Program-made: the position numbers and the translations under genes | Notes under the pieces: model-generated | What the model was told of the DNA's origin: nothing | Database searches by the model: none | The model's input: the letters and a program-made list of their open reading frames with translations, nothing else | Shown: one piece after another, positions 1 to 13,709 of the stretch | Numbering within the stretch: the first letter of the stretch is position 1 | Layout of the letters: the number at the start of each line of letters is the position of its first letter | Assembly (NCBI RefSeq): GCF_006345805.1 | Contig: NC_042999.1 | Span: 58,528,001 to 58,592,000, forward strand | Direction of reading: 5' to 3' | DNA: 64,000 bases | Source of the DNA: Octopus sinensis | Lineage: Eukaryota

Positions 1-598
1 ATTGACAAAGGTATAAGTAGTGAATGTCAGTCGTTTATATTTGGTCAGGTAATTCTATTGTAAATCCATTAGGAATATGATATCTAATCTTGGTACATAA
101 CCAGACCATGGTTTACTAAAATCTATATTGCATTAACGCTAACACGGCTTTTACTTACGCTGTGATGAAACTGTATTTGTTTCAACTCAAACGCATTAGT
201 TTTACATTTAAAACCTTTTACCATAAGGAATAGACAACTATCTTTGAAATGGTAGTCAAATAAAAATCTCACAAGTTAATATCTTCATTTACCGATTTAC
301 GATTTCGGCATATCTATACAACTACATCTGACTATGCCCGAAGCTATGTTTGATTAGGAGAGATTCAATCAAACCTATGACAGAATATTACTTGTACTTG
401 TTTTATCGGCTTAATAAAGGTGGAAAGCCAAATCGATCAGTTCATACTCTGGTTTGATTCAAAATGTAAAGGAATGTAACTATATACTGTAAATAATTTA
501 GTTCTAAATCAGTCTTCTGCCATCCGTCAATACTCTCACGTAGGCATATCACGTAGACACACTAATGTACTTGAACATCGCCGTGCTTTCTTTTTATT

Positions 599-630
<32 letters not shown>

Positions 631-1031
631 GTTTATGCAGTTTTACTTATTTGCTGGTTGTAAGCAATAACGTCGGCAACAGTTGCACAATCAATAGTGC
701 ACAGCTTTTCCGATTGCACAAGCGACGAGGGATTGTCGACAACTTGGTGCTGAATATCTATTCTAAAGGACTTTTTCCCTTTTGTTGCTGATGTTAACGT
801 TGTGCTACGAGTTACAGTGGCGACAGATATAGATCTACTTTCATATGCAGAAACACCCAGTAAAACACACACACACATACACACATACATACTCGGTGGA
901 TTTATACACAGCTTCCATCTAACCAACTTTCATTTACAAGGTTAGTCGAGCCTGTTATGGGAAATACTTTTCCAAGGTGTAGCGCAATGACAACGAGCCT
1001 GGAGCCAAGTCATTGTGAAACAAGCTTTTTA

Positions 1032-1443
1032 TATTTCTTTATTGCCCACAAGGGGCTAAACACAGAGGAGACAAATAAGGACAGACAAACGGATTAAGTC
1101 GATTACATCAATCCCAGTGCGTAACTGGTACTTATTTAATCGAACCCGAAAGGATGAAAGGCAAAGTCGACCTCGGCGGAATTTGAACTCAGAACGTAAC
1201 GGCAGACGAAATACCTATTTCTTTACTACCCACAAGGGGCTAAACACAGAGAGGACAAACAAGGACAGACAAAGGGATTAAGTCGATTATATCGACGCCA
1301 GTGCGTAACTGCTACTTATTTAATCGACCCCGAAAGGATGAAAGGCAAAGTCGACCTCGGCGGAATTTGAACTCAGAACGTAGCGGCAGATGAAATACCG
1401 CTAAGCATTTCGCCCAGCGTGCTAACGTTTCTGCCAGCTCACC
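1032..1443 (-). mobile_element. SINE family 1 (tRNA-like head), dimeric copy
   Basis: Two ~184-bp body+tail units (1032-1215, 1216 onward) then the head. The same sequence recurs at about ten places in the window. Confidence 0.85.
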
Positions 1444-1689
1444 GGAACAAACTTTTTAACTACACAACTGTACCTATACTTAAAATATAAAATGAATAGT
1501 CAATTTCTTAATTAAAGAAACAAAAATGCGTATTTGTTTATAAAACAAACTGTTTACACGACAGGCATGAGAAAGTGAAGTTTTATTTTCTCAACTCTTC
1601 ACGAATAAAAGAGGAGAACGATATAAGTTATCTGATGGTCTGTTTGCTACGTCTGACACCACCTTCACACAGCTTTGCTGTAATTTTGT

Positions 1690-1903
1690 TGTTCATGATA
1701 GGCTCACGGAGATGGTTGGATGAATTATTTGCCATGAAACCACCTCAATTCTGGGAAGAGGGTATTTTCAAGTTAAAGGAAAGTTGGAGACGCATTGTGC
1801 AACAAAATGGTTCATATTTGGTTGATTAAAAATGTAATGGCAAGTATTTATTGACGTTTTTCTTTCCTTTAAAATCGGCTCGAACTTTCCTGACCACCCA
1901 ATA
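1690..1903 (+). mobile_element. mariner transposon 3' end (transposase C-terminus + TIR)
   Basis: Encodes LDELFAMKPPQFWEEGIFKLKESWRRIVQQNGSYLVD*, a typical mariner C-terminus, followed by TIR-like GAACTTTCCTGACCACCCAA and TA. Confidence 0.8.
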
Positions 1904-3059
1904 ACTATCAAATATTGCGTACAATGTATCGGTCAATCCCAAGCTAAAATAAAAGCCACTTGCCCAAAATGCCGTGCACTGAAATCAAACCCGGAATGAC
2001 GTGGTTGCAAAACGTACTTCTTAACCGCACCATGCAGATATATCTGCACAAAACGCCTACTATAAGTTTCCGAATCCGATGATTACTTTTTATTCCTGGA
2101 AACTAATTTACACGAGTTATCGACTTACATTGCAGTTGACTAGAGTTCGCCGTTCAAAAAGAGAAGTCATACTGTGGTGTATTTGCGCAGAAAAATACAT
2201 TTAATTTGAAATGACGTGATGCAACCTCCCCACTCTTTCTGTGTAGCAAACTTTAGGCTGTTATATTTCACACATTGATAAAAAATAAATACAATTAAAC
2301 AAAGTTATATATCACGCCATCTAGTAAGTGAAAAAAAAGGCATGAGATTTTTATTCAGGCCTCATGTCACAAATGTATATTCTATATATCACACCCTCTT
2401 GTGTGAGATAAATAAAGCATTAATTTCTCATTCGAGGCCCCATGCCACAAATTTATATGGAAAGGGAATCATTTCGCGCAGCGTTCATGATATTTTCAAA
2501 ACACATTTGCAATGTAACTTAAGGGAATTGACTTAAAACAAAGAATGACAATCAAGTAACAAAAATGCTTTATGGTCTTCACCACGCGTATGATAAATAA
2601 TTGTTTGTTTGAAGAGTAAGACAATTCTCTGGATTTCTATGGTCATTAGCGAACGTGGTTTTTCCCCCGATCTATTGTGCATGTGATTTAGCACTCAAAG
2701 AGCGCCATAAGATTCGTGTTAAAATTAGAAAGCAGTTTCTTTTGCTTTTTAAATTGTTTAGATTATTTACATTTCTGTCTATTATGTTTCAAATAGACAG
2801 TGTGTGTTAGAAATATAATGCAATCTATCGAAAAGAAGAAACTTTCCGAGAATGAGAATGACAACAGTGAATAATTTCATTTAAGATTTACTAATTACAG
2901 TGAAGGAAATTAAATCTAGTTGCTGTTTGAATAATGTGATTTGCGATATTTTTATGTGTTTAAATACATCATTACTTGGAATTAACGTTTTTTTTTTGTC
3001 TGTCTTATTGACGAAATTGTATTCAAATATTGTTGGTGTTGAAATTCTATTCTTTTATC

Positions 3060-3260
3060 GTTTTATCGTATTCAGTCATTGGACTGCGGCCATGTTTTGG
3101 ACATCGCCTTAAAAAGTTTAGTCGAAAAATAATCGATCTAAGAATTTCTTTTTTTGTAGCCTGGCACGTATAATATCGTCCCTTTCGCCGAACCGCTAGC
3201 TTACTAGTATGTAAAGAAGCCAATGCCGGTTGTCAAGCAGTGTGGGGATAAGCACACACA
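3060..3260 (-). mobile_element. SINE family 2, 3' half
   Basis: Reverse complement of the 3' half of the 21913-22402 copy. Confidence 0.65.
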
Positions 3261-3376
3261 CATACACACACACGCAAAAGCATACATGCACATAAATATA
3301 TATACATATATATGTGAGTGTGCGCGCACATGTACGTATGTATGTATGTGTGTACACACACACACACACATATGCA

Positions 3377-3900
<524 letters not shown>

Positions 3901-4164
3901 CTATCTGTCTATCTACGACAGGTTCTCACGAGCCATTAGTTCTTTAGCAGAAGGCATCTGTCCAAGGTTCCACTCAGTGAAACTGAATCTGAAACCAGGA
4001 ATGTGCGAAGCGAACTTAACCACACAGTCATATATGCAATTTCTATAAATATGTACAGTTCCTTAGTCTTTGCTTTAGGTGTAATTCTATGTAGCAAACA
4101 TTTTCTTCATAGTTATATCTTTTGACAGGGGACTCAATAAAGCCAAGAGAATAATAATAAAGAA

Positions 4165-4350
4165 CTAAAGGTGGTGTTCTGGCAGAATCCTTGGCATGCA
4201 GGGCAAAATGCTAGGCGGCATTTCGTCCGTCTTTACGTTCTGAGTTCAAATTCGGTTTAGATCGACTTTGCCTTCTATCCTTTCTGGGTCGATAAAATAA
4301 GTACCTGTTAAGTCCTAATCTGAGGAGGATAACTTTCTCTCCCCCCATCA
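4165..4350 (+). mobile_element. SINE family 1, diverged monomer
   Basis: GGCAGAATCC...GGGCAAAATGCT...TTCTGAGTTCAAATTC...GTCGATAAAATAAGTACC. Confidence 0.75.
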
Positions 4351-4452
4351 ATCTTGCGGGCGCTGCACATTCTTCTGACTAGGCAAGGAAAAAATGTACT
4401 CACCGCGTTAAGTACTAATAAAATACTGGCTTCATTATGATTAATGAAGTAA

Positions 4453-4710
4453 AGGCGTGTGGCCTAGAGGTAGGGGTGTTGCACTCACAATCGTAATTTC
4501 GTTGTTTCGATTTCTGGACCAGGCGGTGCGTTGTGTTCTTGAGTAAAGCACTTTACTTCACGTTGCTCCAGTTCAGTCAACTGTAAATGAGTAACCCTGT
4601 AGCGAACTCGCGTCTCGTTCAGGGGTAATGTTATGATCTCGGTCACTTATACGTCATGGAAACAGTGTAACCGGCGCTGCGAGTCCTAGGACATGAGAAA
4701 GTACTTACCT
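4453..4710 (+). mobile_element. SINE family 3 (tRNA-Arg-like head, CORE-like block)
   Basis: A-box-like TGGCCTAGAGG, B-box-like GTTTCGATTTC, GCGTTGTGTTCTTGAGTAAAGCACTT. Homologous to the 31479 and 50803 copies. Confidence 0.75.
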
Positions 4711-5733
4711 TTCCATAATCACGGAAACACGTCAAGTAAATATATTGATTTGGCTGGTAATATATTTAATTATAAAACCGTATTATATGTCACTCAATAT
4801 CTACAACCAAATAATAAACTTTGAATTTCTCCTTAGAATATATTTTCGACTGTATCTGTAACCTTTACCAACTTTTGAAATTGTAGAGACCTTAAATCTT
4901 GTTTGAATTCAGATGTATGATAAATTCTTTTGTGCAAAATATCGATAGGCTAAGGGTTATTTTTGTCCACTCTGAAATTTCCTGAACAGCAAATATTCTT
5001 TCCTTTCAAACTTTGCACGCGCTTAAAAACGGTTATTTAGGAAGATTATATTTCATTTCACATCAAGTACAAAAGGAATTATTTAATAAAGCGCTTAGAG
5101 TAATGTTGCATCAAATTACAACACTTTTCTGCTTGTTCGGTTGATTTTTAAATCAATCGAACTACTACATGTTTTGAATATATCTATAACGACTTTGATA
5201 ATAAACAGTAACAGTAATCTTTTATCTACAAAGAAACTATTTTGAATAAGAAAGAAGGGTTTCAATATAATTATTTCGCCACGGAATCTAAAATCGAATA
5301 AATAAAGAAGATCTGAATTCATAGCGGAATCATCTCTCTTATAGCCCTGAAATTTCTCATGTGCATAATAAGGTTTGCTTCTCAACCTTCGTGTGATTTC
5401 ACATAAAATAACCGAGAAGATTACATTCAGTGTATCTGTAATATTATTTAGAAACACTACTCTCCAATTTCTGGCTATATGATCATATTTGCTTTAATGT
5501 GTATAGAAATGTCAGATTCTATTGCTTAAAATTCGATGATTCCTCTCTCTTATCCTCAGTGTGCGTGACTCTCATACGGCATATATGATTGAACATATGT
5601 AATGCCCCTTTTCTGTGTGTTCTGATACACGTCCATACATAAATATATTTCTACTTACAAATGTAATATTATTTTTCTTGTTTCGTTCCATAATTGTACA
5701 AATCTACGATCAAAGATTCTTCAGTAGTGATTG

Positions 5734-5734
<1 letters not shown>

Positions 5735-5772
<38 letters not shown>

Positions 5773-5848
5773 GTATGTATGTATGTATGTATGTATATAT
5801 GTATGTATGTATGTATGTAGTATGTATGTATGTATGTATGTATGTATG

Positions 5849-5877
<29 letters not shown>
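5735..5877. repeat. (CA)n + (TATG)n microsatellite
   Basis: Directly visible. Confidence 0.97.
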
Positions 5878-5880
<3 letters not shown>

Positions 5881-5976
5881 AAGTGATGTAACATTAGTAA
5901 AATATATCAAAGATATATTTTTTCATAGAGCAAACAATATCTGGAATAGAACTAAATACGGTGGATAGAGTGGATA

Positions 5977-6019
<43 letters not shown>

Positions 6020-6231
6020 TATATCAAAGTTGACACTCGTGAATAATTCGCACCGGCGACTCAGAAAAGAGTAGCAATTTTGATATAATGTGTGTGTGTG
6101 TGTGCGTGAGCATTTGTCGTGTACGTGTGTGTGTGGTGTGTGTGTGTGTATGTGCCTGTTAGTGTGCGTGTGTATACATCCATTTGCATATATGTATTTC
6201 TAAGCGAATATATATGTATGTGTGTATGTAT

Positions 6232-6439
6232 GGCGAGCTGAGAGAACAGTTACTGCAGCGTGCAAGATGCATAGTGGCAGTTCTTCTCTCTTTACGTCTT
6301 AAGTTCAAATTCCGCCGAGATCGACTTGGCCATTCGTCCTTTCGGGGTGTGATAGAATAAATACCAGTTGGATACTGGAGTGGTTGCAATCCACTAACTA
6401 TCTTCCCCGAAATTACTGGCCTTGTAGCAAAATTTGAAG
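6232..6439 (+). mobile_element. SINE family 1 monomer
   Basis: GGCGAGCTG head, GTTCAAATTCCGCCGAGATCGAC body, CTTGTAGCAAAATTTGAA tail, followed by (TCTA)n. Confidence 0.75.
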
Positions 6440-6524
<85 letters not shown>

Positions 6525-6719
6525 ATCTATCTATCTATATATCTATCTGTCTGTCTGTCTGTCTGTCTATTTAACTGTCTACGTACCTACCTATCTACCT
6601 ATCTCAGAAATCTTGTCGGAAGACGAAAGCAGTGAGGAATGACAAATAGCTAGAAAAGGAAGGAGGAAGAGGAGTAAGAAAAGAACAAAACTAAGCGCAA
6701 ACAAAGCAGGGAGATAAAA

Positions 6720-7150
6720 ACATTTCGAACACTAGCACAAACAACACCAACAACAACACCACAAAACGGTGCTCACAGCCATAAACCCGAGAAATACAGA
6801 GTTAATGGAATACGTCAACACAAAAGCAAACTTAACGCATGAATACATAAATAACAAGCAACCACCCATACACAACACCACCAAAACACATTAAAATATT
6901 GCACATCACACCAACCCTGCACCACACACTAAAATCCATATACCCCGATGCAATTGGAAAATGTCAAAAGAACTCCTCTAAAAAACTTGATAGTGGTCTC
7001 CTCGAGGAAAACCCGAAGGAGGGGACACAAAAACTTTCGAACGGTGACTCTCTGTTCTTTTCGTTAGTGTTTCAAAACACACACTTCATTAGGATTATGA
7101 TCAAGATTGGTTGTCTGAATGCGCGTTGCGTGGGAAATCGCTTTTCTTTG
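6720..7150 (+). mobile_element. Tx1/L1-like LINE relic: ORF1 end and ORF2 start
   Basis: ATG at 7097 gives MIKIGCLNAR, resembling the start of an APE endonuclease domain ('xxxGxLNxRG'). It is preceded by a decayed ORF ending SLFFSLVFQN. Confidence 0.55.
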
Positions 7151-7452
7151 GAATAGAAAAAAAGTCTAACTTTATTTCTTCTTTTGCTGGTGTCTCAAAT
7201 TTAGGTTAAATCAGTGTTTCTCAAAGGGGAGGCCTATGGGACGGCCGGACAAGTTGTTTTGAGAAAATTTGGTTTAAATGTTTGACAACTCAGCACCGTC
7301 CATTGGACGGGGTGTGTGCGTTTTGCTCGTATATATATATATATATATATATGTTTGTCACATATTTCAACTGCTAAAGGCAAATAGTGACAAACCTATT
7401 TCAACTAACTTAAATTGTGATTATACGTAAACACTGCTTTGCGCATTTACTC

Positions 7453-7498
<46 letters not shown>

Positions 7499-7504
7499 TG
7501 TGGG

Positions 7505-8175
7505 ATAAATGGAGAGGAGCGCAAACAACATTGTTTGTGATGAAATCCAAGTAACCTGTCAGGGTCAGAGAATATGAACTCATACTAAGTTGTAGAAAAG
7601 GTGAGCAGAAGGAAAAGAACACAGGGTAGAAAGAAATATAAGCCGTAGACAGGGAAGTTGGTGCATGGACAGAAGAAAGAAAATAAATAAATGAATAAGT
7701 GGGAGGAGATAAATAAATGAGTGAAAGTATATGCTGTTCCAAAGTTTATTTGTCTAGTGGCTGTAGCGAAAGAGGTTGTATGGTGGACCCGTTTGAAAGG
7801 GCTAAAGACAGGCACTTTCCTCTTTGGCCAAGCCCTCATCAGCTTTTTCAAGTTTCACCTGAAAAGGAAGTTGAGGGTGGAGAAGGAAGTATTGATTTGT
7901 ATCAAGTTTGTTGAAAGGTGGGTGAATGTTAGAAGATTGGCCAATGTGAAAGGACCAATTCTGAGCGTGCACCTGTAAACAAAAGAAGAGCTCTTGCCCT
8001 GTTGTTCAGGTACCCGTAACTTTTGTGGTTTTTTTTTCACAAGGTCCTTAATGCGCCTCCGCTCGTCGTAAAACCCATTGTATCGTCCTGTTTTTGTCTT
8101 CTATGTTTTTGTATGTCTCTTAACATAATGTTATGTACGCCCTTGTGGCTAATAAACGAATTAATTATTATTATT
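7505..8175 (+). mobile_element. Tx1/L1-like LINE relic: ORF2 C-terminus and 3' UTR
   Basis: KEVVWWTRLKGLK...FFKFHLKRKLRVE...FVERW resembles an L1/Tx1 ORF2 C-terminus. The 3' UTR ends CCCTTGTGGCTAATAAA followed by (TTA)n. Confidence 0.6.
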
Positions 8176-8214
8176 ATCAGGGTTACTGGTCTTTACCCTG
8201 GTGGCCCGGGTTGT

Positions 8215-8390
8215 GTCCTCGCCATGGGAACAGTTATGAAGGCGCAGCGAACAGGCAGAACCGTTAGCATGTTGGGTAAAAGGCTTAACGGCCTTTCGCC
8301 TGTCTTTACATTCTGCCGAGGTGTACTTATTTCATCGACCCCTTTCGGGATCGATGAAGTAAGCACCAGTAAACCACCTGGGTCAATGAT
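8215..8390 (+). mobile_element. SINE family 1, diverged
   Basis: GGCAGAACCGTTAGCATG...GCCGAGGTGTAC...CCTTTCGGGATCGATGAAGTAAGCACCAG. Confidence 0.6.
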
Positions 8391-9059
8391 GTTGCAGAAA
8401 AGATACTTATCATCACCATCATTATTATTATTCTTTTTGTTGCTGTTGTTATTTATTTTTCCTTTTCTTCTTATTGCAAAATATTAAACCTTTTGATCGG
8501 TAACTTCTCTCAAAAATTTGAAGTTAATAAAAATAGGTTAATGAATTAAGAAATATATATTATTTTCTCAAACCAGGGATAATTTCCTCAAATTGATGAA
8601 AGTGAAGGAATAATTATCTCAAGAAATAAAGTTTCATTACAATCATCAAGATCATTCTTCTCTGGATAATTGCTGACCCATTATATCGGAAAGAACTCCA
8701 TAAAATTTAAAGTTAAAAAAATAGGTTAAAGAACGAAAAAATAATTATATAACACAATTAAATCAGGATAATTTTCTTGAGTTAATGATATTGAACAAAT
8801 AAAGTATTTAAACTATTACGAAGTTTAAGCATTAAAAAAAAAGCACAAAAAAAACTAGCAAATGGGGAAAGTGATCCAAATTAAGATTTTTAGAATTTTT
8901 ATTTAGCTATGATATATTATCAAGTGTTTAACGGGTAAAAGGATTGTCAGCCGAAATTTGAATACTTGGAAGGAAAAGTAAAAACAAAATACAGACAAAC
9001 AAAAATGAAAACAAAACATACAAGAACAAAAACCAAGCAATTAAACAAACAGACAAAAC

Positions 9060-9600
9060 AAAAATTATATATCCATTTGAACAGACTTCTGCAACTAGAA
9101 ATCCATTTTAAAATATGCGCTTCAAGCCTACAAAAATATTTAGTAAAGGAACAATGGAGAACTAATACAATTAACTATAAAGCATGAACAGAATAAGACA
9201 AGAAGCTGTTTTCTGCTTTCTAGGAATTTAATGCATTTTAAAAACCAGTACGGTAGTAAGTAGTTGTAAGGGCCATGGAGTAATAAAGCTAATAGAAATG
9301 GATAAAAAAAAACTAAAATGCAAACTAGGTGTATCTGGGACTACGTTATTTTATGTGTCCTTTTTTTGTAAGATGGAAACGGGGATCTTGTCCCACCTTT
9401 TTTAGGATCACCTTCGACTATTTATTTAATAACGATATTGTTTCTTTAGTAATGTTTTGTAACCAAGGAAAATGCATCTTTGCCTGAATTCTTTGTATAA
9501 TTGCTTGTATTTAGTCGCCCTGTGAAATGACACCTCATAATATGTGATTTCAGAGATTTGGATGCTATTTCTAGCATAATTAGCGTCCGTATAGAGGCTC
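9060..9600 (+). mobile_element. possible Penelope-like element 3' end (very decayed)
   Basis: IYPFEQ...RFKPT weakly resembles a GIY-YIG C-terminus. GCTATTTCTAG matches the GCTGCTATTTCTAA motif in the 542-bp monomer. Confidence 0.3.
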
Positions 9601-11603
9601 ACTTGTGCTGTTGCTAATATTTATGTTGTTTTCCCCAAATACACCTCACTAAACTACAATCATTCGTTGTAATTATCTCATCAGGCGTCTACTCTGCTAC
9701 TACTTACATCACGAAAGATAATTTAAATAAACTCCTCTTCCTCTCCTCCTTGTAGGGCAGGGGTTGATTTATGCCACTAAATCGACCCATGTACTTCGCT
9801 AGTATTTTATGTTATCAACCACAATGATAAAATGAATGTGTAAGAGATCTATTATCATCAGAAATATCTAAGGATTTTCATGCGATCGTTTCTTTGGTAA
9901 GTTTTCTTTCAGTTACACTAGAAGAAAAGATAGAAATAAAAACAGGAAAGGAAAAAAAAGCAAAATAAAAGACGAATCAAGGAAAAGAGAGCAAATAATT
10001 AAAATATCATAAGTGTAACAGAAATATAGATAGAAGCAACACATTGAAATATAAAAAAAAAAAAACATCTTATTCAATCCATTAAAAAATATTTACAACA
10101 CCAAATAACGGTGTACTCTGTTTTAATTTAATTCGGCAGAACAATAAAATCTAGAAAAAAAGGGAAAAAAAGCAAATGAAAAAAATGTAAAAAAATCTAT
10201 AGCTTAACATACACCAGAAAAAAAAATCAACTTCTTTTGTGAAAGTTTCCAAGGATATTTTGAGACAATAACTGAGCGACCTGCATCACCTTTCAGGTGA
10301 AAAGGTCAAACTTTTTCTCGAATATTCCTTAATAATAAAGATTAAGCTTACTAATTTTGGAAATTTGCCGTAAGGAAAGATTTCTCTCATCCAAGCATTA
10401 TCATTTTTTTATTTCTTATATTTTTACTTTCTCTCTCTTCTGTACTTTGATTGTTTTGACTGTTGCCATTTTTAGCTGTTGTTTTCTACAACTACTGAAA
10501 ACAAAAAAAGATTTTGCGAAAGCCATCTCCTAAATATTCCTTTCTTTTGAATAACTACGCATAGGAAACATTCTGTAATCATTTGATTCTAAAACTTCCG
10601 CCTTAATACTTCAATTTCCATTTTTACGATATTTACTTCGGTAATATTAAAACTAGAGAATAGATTTAATTTGGAAGAGGATTATGTAAGAAAACCAATT
10701 TAGGAACTGGCCGTTCAGAAATCTAAAATGGCAATAAAATTTAGAACATAGACAGAAATTATAAAGTTTATCTGCTAATCAGAATAATGTGGTGTACGGT
10801 GAGGTGAACTGGAAAATAAAATCTTACATATTGGTTTTTGAATTTGGCAGAGCTATAGAAATAGCGTGGGAGATGTAATCATGCTGGTACTGATTTTATC
10901 GTCAACGGTAGGATGAAATACAAAGCCAAATTTAACAAGATTTGAATTCAAAATTCAAAATGGACAGAAGTAAAAAGCTCTGCCGAGTCAATGAATGAGT
11001 CTCTTATTGGTGTTTCAGCCTGCGAGAAATAGCAACTAAATTTCACTCGATTCGTATCTTGCAGTTTCAGGAAACACTGGTTAAAATAGTTCAAAATAAT
11101 AACAGAAAAAAAACTAGAAAAAACCCCCCAAAACAAATGGGTGACATGTTTCTCACGCCTTTGACTATAAGTCTGCATAATAACGGCAGACCCAGGGCTA
11201 AACTTCAACAACAGCAACTAAATAACAAAAACAACACCTATATATACATAGCGATCTTGAATTTCTTCCTTTACAAGTTTAAATATTAATACTAATATTT
11301 ATCATTGAGTATAAAAATCACTACTAGCACGGCAGTTAATTTACGTAATTTACGTCTAAAGCTCATTTATGCAAATTAAGCTATCCACTTCGGTAAGAGC
11401 TTAATTTATTGCCGTTTTATATTTAAACAGAATATTTTATGCTTTCGATTGGCAAAAAGATCGGACACGTTTCCTCCGAAGAGCTGCCAACAATCTGTGA
11501 AACTGTACGTCAGTCATCTCCCACTTTTTTTCCCTGCATATGGAAAGGCATGGAATAAATGTATTCACATTCTTGTAATATCATATCGCAGCTAGGCTTT
11601 CTC

Positions 11604-11639
<36 letters not shown>

Positions 11640-12084
11640 CACACATACACATATGCATTTGTGACAATCAACAACCTCACTGAAGAGCGTAAGAAATAAT
11701 TAGAGACGCTCGCTCATTCTTATATAGCTAGTTAATAGAAATCGAATAGTTTCATCACTGATACATAAATTTTATGCTTGTTAATCATTTTACGTAGTTC
11801 CTAATACATAAATCTTAATTAATGTAAGAACATTTTAACATGTTCAGTGATCATAGAATGCTATTTCATTTGCTTTCTAATTAATTTTGCCTGTTAAATG
11901 AAGACACTAATACAAATATATATCCTATTATCAATTATTTAAATGTGCAATATTTGACTTTATAGCTGAATAATGTTTACTTATTTCCATCTCTTCAAAT
12001 CACTTCATCTTATATCTTCAATAGACTTTCATTTAATTCAATTACAATTATGATTCTTGTCTAACACAGGAAATTCGATGGAAA

Positions 12085-12270
12085 TGTAACAAAGTGTCAG
12101 CTATCCGCAACCAGCGGTTTAAGGTAACACTTTTCATTCAGATTTTCAGAAGTCTCCTGGCAATTCCTGTAGTTCCAAGCAATAATATTTTCTGTAAATA
12201 CTCTTATCTTTGCATTCACTCCCATCCTTTTTCTATCCAGTTTGTGTGCTTGATATTTATAGTTCTCAAA
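12085..12270 (-). mobile_element. older REL-type (R4-like) LINE 3' end
   Basis: Minus strand encodes EYLQKILLLGTTGIARRLLKI*, paralogous to IQKIALLGTAHILRRTLSIQ* of family A. Confidence 0.6.
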
Positions 12271-12394
12271 GTTCCTTTCATTTTTATCATTTCATATTTA
12301 TATATAACCCCACACATTTTATGTCTGTTTCTGTATTGTGCTCCTCATCCTTCGCTCTTGTGGCAAATAAATGAAATTGTTATTATTATTATTA

Positions 12395-12464
<70 letters not shown>

Positions 12465-12467
<3 letters not shown>

Positions 12468-12685
12468 TAGTATATTTTTTATATCGTGCTTTCACTTCCG
12501 TACCGAGCGCAGCTCTGTGTGCCTTGGGTATGTGCTGTGATTTGTTGTGATGCTCTGATGGTTATTGTATGGAAAGTGTTCTGCGTAGGATGTGCGCAGT
12601 GCCTAGTAGGGCAATTTTCTGTATGTTATATGTGTTTGTAAGTCCTGGTGTTTTTGTTATGTATTTGTCTGAATATTTTTTGTGA
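12465..12685 (-). mobile_element. R4/Dong-like LINE family A, 5'-truncated (~220 bp)
   Basis: Nearly identical to the first ~220 bp of the 13710-14597 copy, with (TTA)n on both sides. Confidence 0.85.
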
Positions 12686-12751
<66 letters not shown>

Positions 12752-12970
12752 GAGTGAGAGAGCAGTGCATGCCATCAAATTGACAGTGGGGTACAAATAT
12801 ACCAAGCCCAGTATACCCATCATGACTACCCGTCTCATAAGGGTACACTGGACACATGCATCACAACCATATGTGCGCCACATGCTGATCTCATTTCAAG
12901 ATAAACAGCACATGACCTTGCAGGTGGGACCCAGTTAGAATTTTCTTTTGGTCGAGTAGCCCATCCCGCT
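12752..12970 (-). mobile_element. non-coding element family C, truncated copy
   Basis: Homologous to 42928-43145 and abuts (TTA)n at the same end. Strand is inferred from the (AAT)n tail. Confidence 0.8.
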
Positions 12971-13191
12971 TTTTACCATCTTTATTTCATTTGTTTACTT
13001 TTTTTATCTCCTATTTTTCCTTTTTCTCTCTGTCTTCCCCCTTTTCTCTGTCGCATGAGTTTGTAAATGAGCAATCTGGTGTGTTTATTTCAATGGCCTA
13101 CCAATGTTTATAGTACGTTTCTCTGGTCTACGTATCAGCAAGATACTCGGCAAGAAATGGAAAGAGAATTGAAAGAAGCTGCTAATGAAAA

Positions 13192-13241
<50 letters not shown>

Positions 13242-13242
13242 A

Positions 13243-13453
13243 TCTCTACTATAAGTACAAGGCCCGAAATTTTGGGGATGGGGACTAGTCGATTACATCA
13301 ACTCCAGTGTTTCACTGGTATTTAATTTATCGACCCCGAAAGGACGAAAAGAAAATTCGACTTCGGCGGAATTTGAACTCAGAACGTAAAGATAGACGGA
13401 ATATCACTGAGCGTATCGCCTGGGATGCTAACGATTCTGCTAGTTCGCCGCCT
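13243..13453 (-). mobile_element. SINE family 1 monomer
   Basis: Reverse complement of the family 1 consensus. Confidence 0.8.
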
Positions 13454-13490
13454 TAATGATGATGATGATGATGATGATGATATTATTATA

Positions 13491-13691
13491 AAGGTGGCGA
13501 GCTGACAGAATCGTTAGCCCGGCCGGAGAAATTGCTCAGCAGCATTTCGTCCGCCTTTACTTTCTGAGTTCAAATTCCACCGAGGTCGACTTTTCAGGTC
13601 GGTTATATTAAGTACCCGTTGTGTACTGGTGTCAATATAATCGAATATCCACCTCCCCACAAATTCCAGGCCTTGTCCCTTAGTAGAAAGG
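13491..13691 (+). mobile_element. SINE family 1 monomer
   Basis: AAGGTGGCGAGCTGACAGAATCGTTAGC head through GGCCTTGTCCCTTAGTAGAAAG tail. Confidence 0.8.
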
Positions 13692-13709
13692 ATTATTATT
13701 ATTATTATT

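Noticed and set aside
633-926. 97-aa ORF as a gene fragment
   Set aside because: It starts in a SINE/microsatellite and has no recognisable domain or splice support.
2353-2458. 28-bp imperfect direct repeat (ATTCAGGCCTCATGTCACAAATGTATAT / ATTCGAGGCCCCATGCCACAAATTTATAT)
   Set aside because: It is real but has only two degenerate copies and no context suggesting function.
9365-9425. Hammerhead-like remnants at ~9370, ~8590-8640, ~21510 and ~52085
   Set aside because: Only fragments of the core are present with no consistent helices, indistinguishable from background.
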